Shown piece by piece: positions 48,275 through 57,409 of a stretch of DNA of 64,000 nt (position 1 is its first letter; every line of letters starts with the position of its first letter). The notes beneath the pieces are model-generated. The model did no database searches. It was not told the origin of the DNA and worked only from the letters and a program-made list of their open reading frames with translations. The position numbers were made by a program, and so were the translations under genes. This DNA comes from Candidatus Latescibacterota bacterium (lineage in GTDB: Bacteria > Latescibacterota > UBA2968 > UBA8231), in NCBI GenBank assembly GCA_965219385.1, contig CBDCNM010000002.1:468639-532638 (forward strand). The letters are read 5' to 3'.

Positions 48275-51070
48275 CTACTCTAGGCCGGCGTAAATGGTCA
48301 AAAAGGTGGCGCTACTTGTCTCCGTATTGCTTTCCTTTTGGATTTCCTGATCCATCGCCCCGATCGCCTCGTTCGCTCGCCGCGTCAGCCTGAAACCTGT
48401 CTGCAGGATGAGTTTGTAGCCCAGATAGTCCGTCACCGTAGACCACAGTAGCGCATAGGTGGACTCGTTGAAGTCACCGGTAGGGCCGAGTTGGGGGGGA
48501 GCTTCTTCCAGGGCTTCTTCATCGGTCGTCAGCTCCCTGAAGCGCATGAATTCCGCGCCCACCTGTGCGCTTGACTTTTGCAACACGGGGAATTCCAGGA
48601 TCAAAGACAGCAGTCCTGTCCACTCTTTCCTTTTGTCTTCGCGCTGCAGGAAGGGCGTCCGGCGCAAGAACTCGCTCTTGAATTTCGGCTGGACGATCAA
48701 ATTGGGGAGCCGGTGGGTGTAATCCACTTTATTTATGAGCCCCAAAAAGGATGAACCTTCCCTCAGGGGGCTTCTGTCCGGGGCCCTCGGGTCGTCGGCC
48801 TGCTGAAAGAAGGTTTCGTATTTGATCTTGTTGCGGATGTTCAAGTTGGAGACCCGGGTATAGTCGAACCCGATGAACAGGGTGTTTACCCAGGTGTCTT
48901 GAGCGGGCAGGATGTCCAGAACGCGCCCCGGGAGGCCGGCAATCAGGAAGGGCGTGGGTTCAAAGCGGTCGTCGGGGATATCGTCCTGGGCTTTTTTGAG
49001 CATATTGAAAATTCTGAGCCGCCCTGTTTCCGCGTAGTCCCTGTCGAAGGTGATAAGGCCGTAGGTGGTGATGTTTTCCCGCGCGGAAGACAGCAGTTCT
49101 TCGCGCACCTGGCCCGCGCTCAGCCGTATACCGGGAGCCAGGTGCGCCCCGGTATAGGCGTTGTAGCCGCGGTGGTCTCTTTTGTAAGGGAAATCAGGTT
49201 CCTCGTCGTTTTCAAACCGATCTATCCAGTCGTTGTTGTTCAGATCGATGCCAAAGAGGTATTCCGGGCGGTCCACATTGTAGCGCAGAAAGGGTTCCTC
49301 ATAGTCGGGCAGGCGGTTGCTGATGGTCTTGTTGTCGTTCTGATTAAAGTCGGGTACAAAGTCGTTGTTTTCGTCCCAGCCGGGGAAGATCCGTCTGTCG
49401 GCCGCCGGCTGATGGAGCCGACTCCAATCGGGGGTGCGGTCCTGATCGTCGTTGTCCTCCACGAATTCGTACAAAAACGTGCTTGGTACGTCGTAATCGA
49501 TATCCCCATTCAGATTGACCAGGAATGGGCTGGTAGAATACTCAGGCTCCATGGAAAAAGCTTCCCCAAAGAAAAACCACGGGAAGGAAAGGTAGGAGAG
49601 GTTGATCATCCATGCCTCTGCTTGGGAAGAAGAGGCCTCAAAATCCCTGTCGGTGTTGAACAAAGCCAGGTTGGGGTACTGTCTGAACCTGTGATTGACG
49701 TCGTACTCGGCATAGAGATCGAAGCCCATGATATCCTTTGCCTCGAAGGTGAAGCCGTATATTTGATGGGCCGTGGGCAAGCCATAATCGAAGATGAGGC
49801 GCTGCCGATTGGAACCATCCTGGACATTGTTATCCGCCCGCGCCATATCGAAGAGCACGGCATCCCCTTCGTCCAGGACTTCTCGGGTCAGGGGAGCCTG
49901 TGGCGGGTCCTTTCGCCCTGTTTGTCTATTAGACCACACCTGAACCCTGAAGTCATTGGCCAGAACCAGGTCGAATGTCACCTTTACAATCTCGGTTGGA
50001 TCCGGACCAGTGTAGGCGGGGTCCGTGAAATCGTAGTTGATGATGATTTTTTGCCGTCCGTTTGCAGACAGAAACCCTTCCTCTTGAAAACCACCTTCGA
50101 TAACCGGCCACCGGGTCGGATCACTGGTGAGTTGGGCCAAGCTCAACTGGTTCCGCATACCGCTTTGGAAATCTTCGCGCTCTATGATTATATCGTGGGC
50201 AAAAAGAGCAGCTCCCGCCACACCGTCCTCGGGAGAATCGTCGCTGAGCACCAGGGTGATGGCCGTAACCGGCACGCTGACCTGACCATCGCCGAGGGTG
50301 CCCTCAAAGGAGTTGGTGCTGAGCTCGGAGCCCAGGGTGGTTCGAGAGTTGTGGGCGTTGAGGTAGGTAGCGCCGACCGTGACAAAATCGCCTACCTGAG
50401 CCGTGGCCCTGCCGCCGACCATATTGGTGACATTGGTCCGATTTTCCGGATCGTCGACCCTGCCGGACAAAGGGCTGCTTATGCGCGAAAACAACAGGGT
50501 AGAGGCGTACTTATCCGCTGCAAAATCGAGCTGAATGCCGTTGAAAGAGGGTTTTGAAAAGGTCATGGGGGTCAGGGTCGTGCGGATTTGATCGCCCACG
50601 GTTATGGCGTAGAAGTTTCCGCCCTTCGAGTCGGAGGCCACAATCACCCGGCTGAACCACTCACTGTACCTTCTGTCCTGGTAGAGCGAACTGCCGAGGG
50701 GGGTCAGGGCGTCCTGGCGCCAGTCGTAGACGAGCCATCCCCTGGTTACAAAGCTGCCGTAGACATCGTAAAAGTAGTCGCCTTCGAGGGCGGTATCCAC
50801 GTAGCGCTGGTAGGGGTGCCTGGCGTAGTTGGAGTACTCCCAGCTCTTCCACCGGTACTCCTGGTAGAGCTCCTGCGGGATGTACCATCTCTTCACCGTG
50901 GGATCGAGGGCGCCAAAGAGCACTCCCGGGCCCCTTGGTTCGAAGGTGATGGCACCCCCTCGACGCTCTCCCAGGCGGTTGCCATACGACTGGGCGTAGG
51001 CGCGGGAGCTGAGGATCGCCACTGCGATTGAAGCGAGCAGCAGCCCTGTGAGTAGGTTTTTCATTGCCAT
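48275..51070 (-). CDS. Large exported hypothetical protein (931 aa), putative outer-membrane protein
   Basis: Signal peptide ending AYA. Shares YGNRLG, WY..QELYQEYRW..WEY.NY, TTLTP.TF.K..FNG.Q.D and LSDDSP.DG with the paralog, and ends FLTIYAGLE. Confidence 0.65.
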   Translation of the reverse strand: MAMKNLLTGLLLASIAVAILSSRAYAQSYGNRLGERRGGAITFEPRGPGVLFGALDPTVKRWYIPQELYQEYRWKSWEYSNYARHPYQRYVDTALEGDYFYDVYGSFVTRGWLVYDWRQDALTPLGSSLYQDRRYSEWFSRVIVASDSKGGNFYAITVGDQIRTTLTPMTFSKPSFNGIQLDFAADKYASTLLFSRISSPLSGRVDDPENRTNVTNMVGGRATAQVGDFVTVGATYLNAHNSRTTLGSELSTNSFEGTLGDGQVSVPVTAITLVLSDDSPEDGVAGAALFAHDIIIEREDFQSGMRNQLSLAQLTSDPTRWPVIEGGFQEEGFLSANGRQKIIINYDFTDPAYTGPDPTEIVKVTFDLVLANDFRVQVWSNRQTGRKDPPQAPLTREVLDEGDAVLFDMARADNNVQDGSNRQRLIFDYGLPTAHQIYGFTFEAKDIMGFDLYAEYDVNHRFRQYPNLALFNTDRDFEASSSQAEAWMINLSYLSFPWFFFGEAFSMEPEYSTSPFLVNLNGDIDYDVPSTFLYEFVEDNDDQDRTPDWSRLHQPAADRRIFPGWDENNDFVPDFNQNDNKTISNRLPDYEEPFLRYNVDRPEYLFGIDLNNNDWIDRFENDEEPDFPYKRDHRGYNAYTGAHLAPGIRLSAGQVREELLSSARENITTYGLITFDRDYAETGRLRIFNMLKKAQDDIPDDRFEPTPFLIAGLPGRVLDILPAQDTWVNTLFIGFDYTRVSNLNIRNKIKYETFFQQADDPRAPDRSPLREGSSFLGLINKVDYTHRLPNLIVQPKFKSEFLRRTPFLQREDKRKEWTGLLSLILEFPVLQKSSAQVGAEFMRFRELTTDEEALEEAPPQLGPTGDFNESTYALLWSTVTDYLGYKLILQTGFRLTRRANEAIGAMDQEIQKESNTETSSATFLTIYAGLE

Positions 51071-51103
51071 CGAGCTGGTATCTCCTCGGTAGTGTTGCGC
51101 CGG

Positions 51104-53335
51104 TCAATAGACCACGGCCAGGGTTCCATTCACCTGTTTATCTCCGGTGTCGGCTTCGATTGCCAGGCGAAAGATATAGATCCCGGGTGGCACCAGATGC
51201 CCCTGCGCATCCGTGCCATCCCATTTTGCGGAGTACCTGCCGCTTTTGTCGTTTCCTCTGTAGATCTCCGCGAGGAGCCGGCCCGAGAGATCGTAGATTC
51301 GCACGGTGGTATCAGCCTCGCCGATCAGACTTGAGATGTCGTAGTGCAGGGTGGTGAAATCGTTGATGAGATCGCCATTGGGGGTGAAGGCCTGTGGAAC
51401 GACGGCTGTATTGATCAATAGCTTCCCTTTCAGCGGCACCTGTACCGCCAGGTTCGCCGGGTTCAGAATGAGAGGTCTTCCCTGGATGAGATCACCCACA
51501 TTGCCTCCTATCACCTCCTGAGGGAAATCCTCCACGAGATCATCGGGCAATGCCCTGCCGGAAAACGAGGTTCCGGTTCTCAACACCACCCCCTTGAAGG
51601 TTATGCCCAGGGACGTTAGCTCGCCCGATTCTATACGGCTGGACCGTATCCTGGGGAAACTGATCCTGAAGCGATTGACCTCTACCAGGTCTATGGTGAA
51701 TTCTCCCTTGCTTAAAGGTCCGGCGAAATCGGTGAGATCTTCCTGAGAAAAGTCCTCGGCCATACCGGTCCCGTCCGGCAGCGATAACTCGATTGCGCCA
51801 ATAGAGGCCACTTTTACAGGAGTGGTAATTTCAAAGGAAGCAAACCCCTGGTCGATTCCCGGTTGTATATCGGGGACGACCGTGTAGGAGAACTCCGTAA
51901 CTTCTCCCAGCACGGCCTCTCGCGGAGATATTTCGGCCACTATTGCTTGGGCCGGGGACGGACTGGAAAAGTCGAAGGACAGCGAGCCGATACCCTTTGC
52001 CGAGAACAGATCCTCGCTCAAAAAGTCTATCTTGAACTGGAGGAAGCGGCGCGGACCCGGGGAGAGGATCCGGGTCCCTCCCATTCCGGTTTCTACCTCT
52101 TCCGCAGAAGACGCTATCCCGGCGGAAGTATAGGGCGGTGTCCACGGACTCCAGTTTTGTATGTCGTCTCGTATCGAGCCTTTTTCTCCGTCTCTCAAGC
52201 CCTTGTAGTCATCCCAGGTGAGGGCTATTGAATTCCCTTGCTCCAGGGTTAAATCCCTGAAATCGATCAGGGCGTCCCTCACGCTCAAGTCAGGGCTGTC
52301 GAGCCGGGCTATCAGCCTTTGTTCGGCTGAGCCCGTATTGAAGTCGTCCGCCTTCTTCCACGGCACCTGTTCCTCGTCGAGGTCAACCCTGACTCGATTG
52401 AACACCAGGGGGGTATCGTCCAGTCCGGTTCTAGTGCTTATCTCGGCGCGGGAGCGGAGGGGATCGCCACTGCTTTCCACTTCCCAGCGTATATTGCCCC
52501 AAAGGGCCATTGCCTGGCGCAGGCCGAGTGCACCTGGGTCGAATACATCCGACAAGTACGACGCCACCGGCACAAAGCCCGCGCCAAAGACCTGGAATTC
52601 GGCTATTTCAAAGCCAATAGTGGTTTGCGACTTCAGCCGGATGAAGCGAACATACTGAGGCTCTATCTCCATATCCACCACAGATTCTTCGTTCTGCGGG
52701 TCGAGCCGGATGCTGGTGAAGGTCGGCAGTCCCCCACTCTGGGTTTCCGCACTCCCATCGTTGAGGAGGAGCTCGTAACCCCTCAGAAAGTCGTCCTCAA
52801 ACGGAAAATCGGCAGCCGGGAAATTGTCTTTATCGGCGTTTCTGGGGAAAAATTTGAGCCGGCTCACGCCGAAGCGGGCCCCCAGATCGAATTGTATGGT
52901 GACGCCGAGCGCGTTGACCCGCCGGGTCTCGGTACTCTTCCTTGTAAAGGCTGTGTTGCCGTTATTGTCTATCATTTTCTGAAGTTCAGCTTCGAGGTCC
53001 TCGAACAGATTGGGGGCTGTTACTACTCCTCCCCGGTCGAGGAGCCTCAGCGCTATGTTCTCGGTCACATCTGCGCTGGTGGGGAATAGCCAGCCTTGTC
53101 TGGCAGCAAAATCGACGATCCCGCCCGGGGTGTTGCCGGTGTCTGCTTCCTTGAGGCCTACCTTGAACACGGGGTCAATGCCCCCGCCGCCCTGTTGCCA
53201 GGCGTTTTGTCCTGCTCCACCCAGGACGATGGTCGTCTTTCCCTCTACCTGGCCGCTCGATCCGGGCAGGCAGAGCAAGGCGGCAAGGGTCCACAATAGC
53301 GGGTGCATGCTAGGGGTGAGGGATTTTTGCTGCAT
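51104..53335 (-). CDS. Secreted FlgD/CHU_C-CTD protein (fifth, diverged paralog)
   Basis: Motifs ENIAL, WGNIRW, TRTG.DDTP, WSPWT.PY, SPGPRRFLQFKIDF and FTPNGDLIND...WDGTD..G.LVPPGIY...AVVY. Confidence 0.75.
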   Translation of the reverse strand: MQQKSLTPSMHPLLWTLAALLCLPGSSGQVEGKTTIVLGGAGQNAWQQGGGGIDPVFKVGLKEADTGNTPGGIVDFAARQGWLFPTSADVTENIALRLLDRGGVVTAPNLFEDLEAELQKMIDNNGNTAFTRKSTETRRVNALGVTIQFDLGARFGVSRLKFFPRNADKDNFPAADFPFEDDFLRGYELLLNDGSAETQSGGLPTFTSIRLDPQNEESVVDMEIEPQYVRFIRLKSQTTIGFEIAEFQVFGAGFVPVASYLSDVFDPGALGLRQAMALWGNIRWEVESSGDPLRSRAEISTRTGLDDTPLVFNRVRVDLDEEQVPWKKADDFNTGSAEQRLIARLDSPDLSVRDALIDFRDLTLEQGNSIALTWDDYKGLRDGEKGSIRDDIQNWSPWTPPYTSAGIASSAEEVETGMGGTRILSPGPRRFLQFKIDFLSEDLFSAKGIGSLSFDFSSPSPAQAIVAEISPREAVLGEVTEFSYTVVPDIQPGIDQGFASFEITTPVKVASIGAIELSLPDGTGMAEDFSQEDLTDFAGPLSKGEFTIDLVEVNRFRISFPRIRSSRIESGELTSLGITFKGVVLRTGTSFSGRALPDDLVEDFPQEVIGGNVGDLIQGRPLILNPANLAVQVPLKGKLLINTAVVPQAFTPNGDLINDFTTLHYDISSLIGEADTTVRIYDLSGRLLAEIYRGNDKSGRYSAKWDGTDAQGHLVPPGIYIFRLAIEADTGDKQVNGTLAVVY

Positions 53336-53409
53336 GTCGACATCCTCGGATTGTGGCTGATTCTCTTACAGAATTCGCCCTAACCAGCATTACCGCCGGT
53401 ACGGACTTC

Positions 53410-53439
53410 AGTATAGAACATCGGTATAAGGCATGTCAA
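53410..53439 (-). promoter_or_regulatory. Putative sigma70 promoter
   Basis: Minus strand TTGACA-18 nt-TATACT, upstream of the 53335 start. Confidence 0.55.
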
Positions 53440-53527
53440 GAATTTTCTTGCCTTACGCCGGGACCGACATGGAGGTTCGCTCCTTCCAATCGAACTCGTC
53501 TATGCCGTTCCCACAAAGCCTTCCGCC

Positions 53528-55255
53528 CTATTCTGCCCCGGAAGCGGTTTTGAGGTTATCTTCCCAGATTTTTACCTGTGAGGCGTATTTCTGGCGCAGC
53601 TCTTCCAGATACTGCTCGAATAGCTTCTGCTTTCTCTGCCACCGTATAGTCGCCCTGACGCGCCTTTTAACCTTCTCAAAGGTCTGCTTTTCCCGCTCTT
53701 TGGAAAGCACCTTGAATATGGAATAGCCCCCCTCGACCGCGACAGGACCTGTAAGCTCTCCTGTGGGAGCTTCTTGCGCGGCTTCTACCAGGTCGCCGTA
53801 GCGCGCTTTTTGAAAGTCGTAGAAGTGGATTCTGCCTTTTTCGTGTCGCTGTTCTTCTGGACGTATGGAATGAATCCCGGCCAGCTCGTCCAATGAGGCG
53901 CCCTGCTGGATCTGCTCCATGAGCTGCCGGGCCTCCTCCTCGGTCTCTACCAGGATCTCCTGTAGCTCTATTTGCTCGGGGTTCTTAAAATCATCCGGAT
54001 GGCTGTCGTAGTACGCTCGCACTTCTTCCTCGGATGGCTCGAGGTTGCCCCTCTCCAGCGCCTTAGCCCTGAGTTCGGTCAATATGAGATCCTGTCTCTG
54101 GTTGTCGAGCCAGGCGGCAATATCCTCCTCCTTATCTATTCCGGCGCGCAGAGCAGCTTCCAGGAACATTGCGTCGGGAACCACGGAATCCTCTGCAAAG
54201 GAGATTACCTGCGGCCCATCCATAAGGTCCTCCGGTTTCATTTTGCGGGCTTCGGCTGCGTTGAGAAGGTCCTTTGCGGTTATTTTGCCTTTTCCGTTTC
54301 CGTATCTGTAGAGGATGATATTCTGCTCATCCTCTGGAGTAAAAGACGCCAGGTCGCGCATTTCTTCGAGAAAGGCACTCAAGCCTTCCTGGTCCAATTC
54401 CGGGCGGTACTCCTCTTTGAGCTTGGCCGCGAGAGCGGCTCTCGCGAGGTAGTATTTTTCTGCGTAAAGTTGTTTGAAAACCTGCTGCATGGACTCTGGG
54501 GCGATATCGATTGTGGTATCGGCCGTAGCTTTAACAATAGTATATCTGCCACTGGAGAATTCTATGGGCTCAGATACCGCGCCCACCTCGAGAGAGAACA
54601 ATTGCTCTCGAACTCTCGGGTGCGTATTCGCTTTGGGGCTGTAACCATCAGCCCTGCCGCCGATTACGAGCGCCATTTCCTCGGCGCTGGACCACTTTTC
54701 GGCCACCTCTTCAAAGCTTTTCCCGGCTTTGAGCTCCTGGATGACCGCCTTTGCTCTTTCCTCGCTTTCCACTACGATCTGGCTGAATTTGACCGCCCTG
54801 GACAGGCCCTCTTTCTCAATGAATTCCTTCACTTCGCCTTTTTCCCTATCTACCTTTATCTCTCTCAAGGCAAAAGTATTCAAGACCTTGTTTCTTTTTA
54901 TCTTGTGCATTTTCTCCAAAACGGAAGGGGTTTTGTCAATGCCCGTGTTTGCCGCCTCCAGCAACAAAATTTCCTTGTCGATCATGGTCTGCAAATGATC
55001 CTTCTCGCGCTCGATCCCCTCTTTTTTGCTCTGGAACTCTTCGTGCAGGTCGCGGGTGAATTCCCGTAGCTGCTTCAAGGTTATGGTCACAGACCCTACT
55101 TGGACGACTGGCGGATCCTCCTCTTCCACTACTGGATTTGCTTTTTCCTCTGCACAACTTATCAGAGAAAGCGTCATCGCCAACAGGCCTGTTCCTGCAA
55201 TTTTTTTTACAGCAGCGGAGATATGCCGTATTTTTGCATGGCTTATGTGCTTCAT
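53528..55255 (-). CDS. Parvulin-type peptidyl-prolyl isomerase lipoprotein (PrsA/SurA-like foldase, two rotamase domains)
   Basis: Lipobox-like LSLISC. Two rotamase-like segments: QIVV.SEE.A......K.GKSFEEVA..WS and EILV.TEEEA......GASLDELA..HS...GELTGPV..EGGYSIFKV. Confidence 0.8.
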   Translation of the reverse strand: MKHISHAKIRHISAAVKKIAGTGLLAMTLSLISCAEEKANPVVEEEDPPVVQVGSVTITLKQLREFTRDLHEEFQSKKEGIEREKDHLQTMIDKEILLLEAANTGIDKTPSVLEKMHKIKRNKVLNTFALREIKVDREKGEVKEFIEKEGLSRAVKFSQIVVESEERAKAVIQELKAGKSFEEVAEKWSSAEEMALVIGGRADGYSPKANTHPRVREQLFSLEVGAVSEPIEFSSGRYTIVKATADTTIDIAPESMQQVFKQLYAEKYYLARAALAAKLKEEYRPELDQEGLSAFLEEMRDLASFTPEDEQNIILYRYGNGKGKITAKDLLNAAEARKMKPEDLMDGPQVISFAEDSVVPDAMFLEAALRAGIDKEEDIAAWLDNQRQDLILTELRAKALERGNLEPSEEEVRAYYDSHPDDFKNPEQIELQEILVETEEEARQLMEQIQQGASLDELAGIHSIRPEEQRHEKGRIHFYDFQKARYGDLVEAAQEAPTGELTGPVAVEGGYSIFKVLSKEREKQTFEKVKRRVRATIRWQRKQKLFEQYLEELRQKYASQVKIWEDNLKTASGAE

Positions 55256-55274
55256 TTTTAGAAGGTTCCTTTCT

Positions 55275-55423
55275 CAATAGTTCGGACACTTTTTCGATTT
55301 TGAGCGGATTTCCATGGCATCAAAACTCGTAAGTGCTTATTTATCAACAAGTTGCAAGTTTCAGTGCCGATTTTCCCTAAGTCTTTATTTATCAACGACT
55401 TACAAAAAGTGTCCACAGTATTG
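55275..55423. mobile_element. 149-bp MITE, copy 2 (inverted relative to copy 1)
   Basis: Near-exact reverse complement of 44998-45145, flanked by the direct repeat TTTCT (55270-55274, 55424-55428). Confidence 0.85.
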
Positions 55424-55465
55424 TTTCTAAAAGTATTTGTCCACAGTATTGTTTCTAAAAGTATT
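55410..55465. repeat. 28-bp tandem duplication spanning the MITE end
   Basis: TGTCCACAGTATTGTTTCTAAAAGTATT occurs twice (55410-55437, 55438-55465). Confidence 0.85.
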
Positions 55466-55916
55466 GAGGACAAATACTATCCAAATACTATTACTTGATG
55501 TGTGACCTTTGATAAGTGACTGATTTTTATAATATTACGGATTCAGGGCGAAATTCGACCAAAATAATATCTCGATAAAAAACAAAGATAAAAAAAATAG
55601 AGTCACACATCAAATTACTATTATGTATATACGCCATGGGGGCGGTCAAGTATGAATTCTTGAAGTGCATATATTTTAGGTATTCCGTGAAGTGCTGAGT
55701 ACTCACATTGATTGCCCTCCGGCGTGAAGCCCGGGGCGGCAATTCGGCATCCAACATGATATAAGCTATATAAGCTGCTCCAGGCATAGAAAATGTGGTT
55801 CTGGAGTCTTTGCTTTTTGCGCCTGAGGACGTACATCCAGGCTTAACAATTCCCCAACTCTCGGAGCGGTGAACAAAAAGGGGGGTTTGCGCCCCTACTT
55901 GCGAAAGGAATTACCC

Positions 55917-57368
55917 ATGAGATACAAGAGTGCTTTTGCCGGACTGATTCTGGGGCTGGCGGTTGGCCCGGTCCGGGCCGGGATTTTCGACCAGTTCGAA
56001 GATATCGGCAGGCTGACCAGTCATATGACCGGGATCTCGCGGGCTCCAGATGCCATTCCGGCCATGACCAATCCGGTATTCGTGGCTGCGGACGAGGTCA
56101 CCTACGTGAATGAGGACGAGCTGGTACTGGGGGTTTTCATGAACGGAGAGGCCAGGGCCTATCCGGAAAATCTGGGCTGGTGGCACGAGGTCATCAACGA
56201 CCGGATCGGCGACCAGTCCATCTCGGTCACCCTGTGTCCGCTCACCGGCACCGGCCTGGTCTTCGACACCACGGCCGAGGATGGCAGCCAGTTCGAACTG
56301 GGGGTTTCGGGTTTTCTGATCAACTCCAACCTGGTGATGTACGACCGCCGCAACAACCGGACCCTCTACCCCCAGATGCTCTATATCGGACTCAACCACG
56401 AATACAAGAACGAGCGGTTGGAACTGCTGCCGGTGGTGGAGACCACCTGGTCGATGTGGAAGAAGATGTACCCCGATACCAGGGCCGCCCTGGGCGGGAC
56501 CGGGATGGAGCGGTATTCCGAGGAGCGCCAGCGCGCCTACAGCAATCTGGAGGAGTACAACCAGTATCCCTACGGCAGCTACCGGATCAGCGACAAACTG
56601 ATCCTGAGCATTCCTACCGGTCCCCTGGACGAGACCTTCCATTCCAAGGATATTGTCCTGGGTCTGTGCCACAACGACCAGACCAAGGCCTATCGGTTCA
56701 AGAGCATGCCCGCCCAGGCCGTGATCAACGACGAGCTGGGCGGGCTGTCCCTGCTGGTGGTATTTGAAAGGGACGCCTCCCTTGCTCTACCTTTTTATCG
56801 CGAGGTGAACGGCCAGGTGCTGAGCTTCTACCAGGTGGAGGCCGAGGGGGACCTGCCGCTGGAGTTCATGGACGTGGAGACCGGCTCGCGCTGGAACCTG
56901 CGGGGCGAAGCCTTCTCCGGCCCACTGGCGGGTCAGCGCCTGCAGCAGATGCCGGCCTACAACTCGATGTGGTTCGCCTGGTCTCTCTACTGGGCGGATA
57001 CCGCTATCTGGAATCCTGGAGAAGGCATCATCGTCGAGCCGCCGGCGACCGCCGTGGAGGGGACGGCCCTGGCGGCTCTGCCGGAACACTTTATCCTGAG
57101 TCAGAACCATCCGAACCCGTTCAACCCGGCCACCCATATCCAGTACACCCTGCCCGCGGACGGCCTGGTGCGTCTGAGTATTTACAACGCGACGGGCCAG
57201 AAGATCCGCACCCTGGTGGAAGGGCACCAGGAGCGGGGGCTCTACCTGCAGGACTGGGATGGGTGCGACGATGCGGGCGCGGCCGTGTCCAGCGGTGCCT
57301 ACCTCTACCGGCTAGAAATGCCCGGGCTGGATCTGAGCCAGACCCGGAATATGATCTTGCTGTGGTAG
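55917..57368 (+). CDS. DUF3179-domain secreted protein with FlgD-type CTD
   Basis: Signal peptide ending VRA. Motifs DAIPA...P.F, ARAYP....WHEVIND, VTLCPLTG, GVSGFL.NSNLVMYDR and WFAW. C-terminal NHPNPFNP...WDG.D..G..VSSG.YLYRL. Confidence 0.82.
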   Translation: MRYKSAFAGLILGLAVGPVRAGIFDQFEDIGRLTSHMTGISRAPDAIPAMTNPVFVAADEVTYVNEDELVLGVFMNGEARAYPENLGWWHEVINDRIGDQSISVTLCPLTGTGLVFDTTAEDGSQFELGVSGFLINSNLVMYDRRNNRTLYPQMLYIGLNHEYKNERLELLPVVETTWSMWKKMYPDTRAALGGTGMERYSEERQRAYSNLEEYNQYPYGSYRISDKLILSIPTGPLDETFHSKDIVLGLCHNDQTKAYRFKSMPAQAVINDELGGLSLLVVFERDASLALPFYREVNGQVLSFYQVEAEGDLPLEFMDVETGSRWNLRGEAFSGPLAGQRLQQMPAYNSMWFAWSLYWADTAIWNPGEGIIVEPPATAVEGTALAALPEHFILSQNHPNPFNPATHIQYTLPADGLVRLSIYNATGQKIRTLVEGHQERGLYLQDWDGCDDAGAAVSSGAYLYRLEMPGLDLSQTRNMILLW

Positions 57369-57409
57369 GCTGAACCACGGGGCCGCAGAGCGAATTTCCA
57401 GCCGGCTTC

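Noticed and set aside
44998..55423. Composite transposon that moved the 10-kb block as a unit
   Set aside because: Each MITE has its own distinct target duplication and the outer flanks (TTACCT vs TTTCT) do not match, indicating independent insertions.
55410..55491. CRISPR array
   Set aside because: Only two adjacent 28-bp copies with no spacer, and no cas genes.
55917..57368. Second selenoprotein (DUF3179 homologs can carry Sec)
   Set aside because: The ORF is uninterrupted and has Cys at the CPLT motif.
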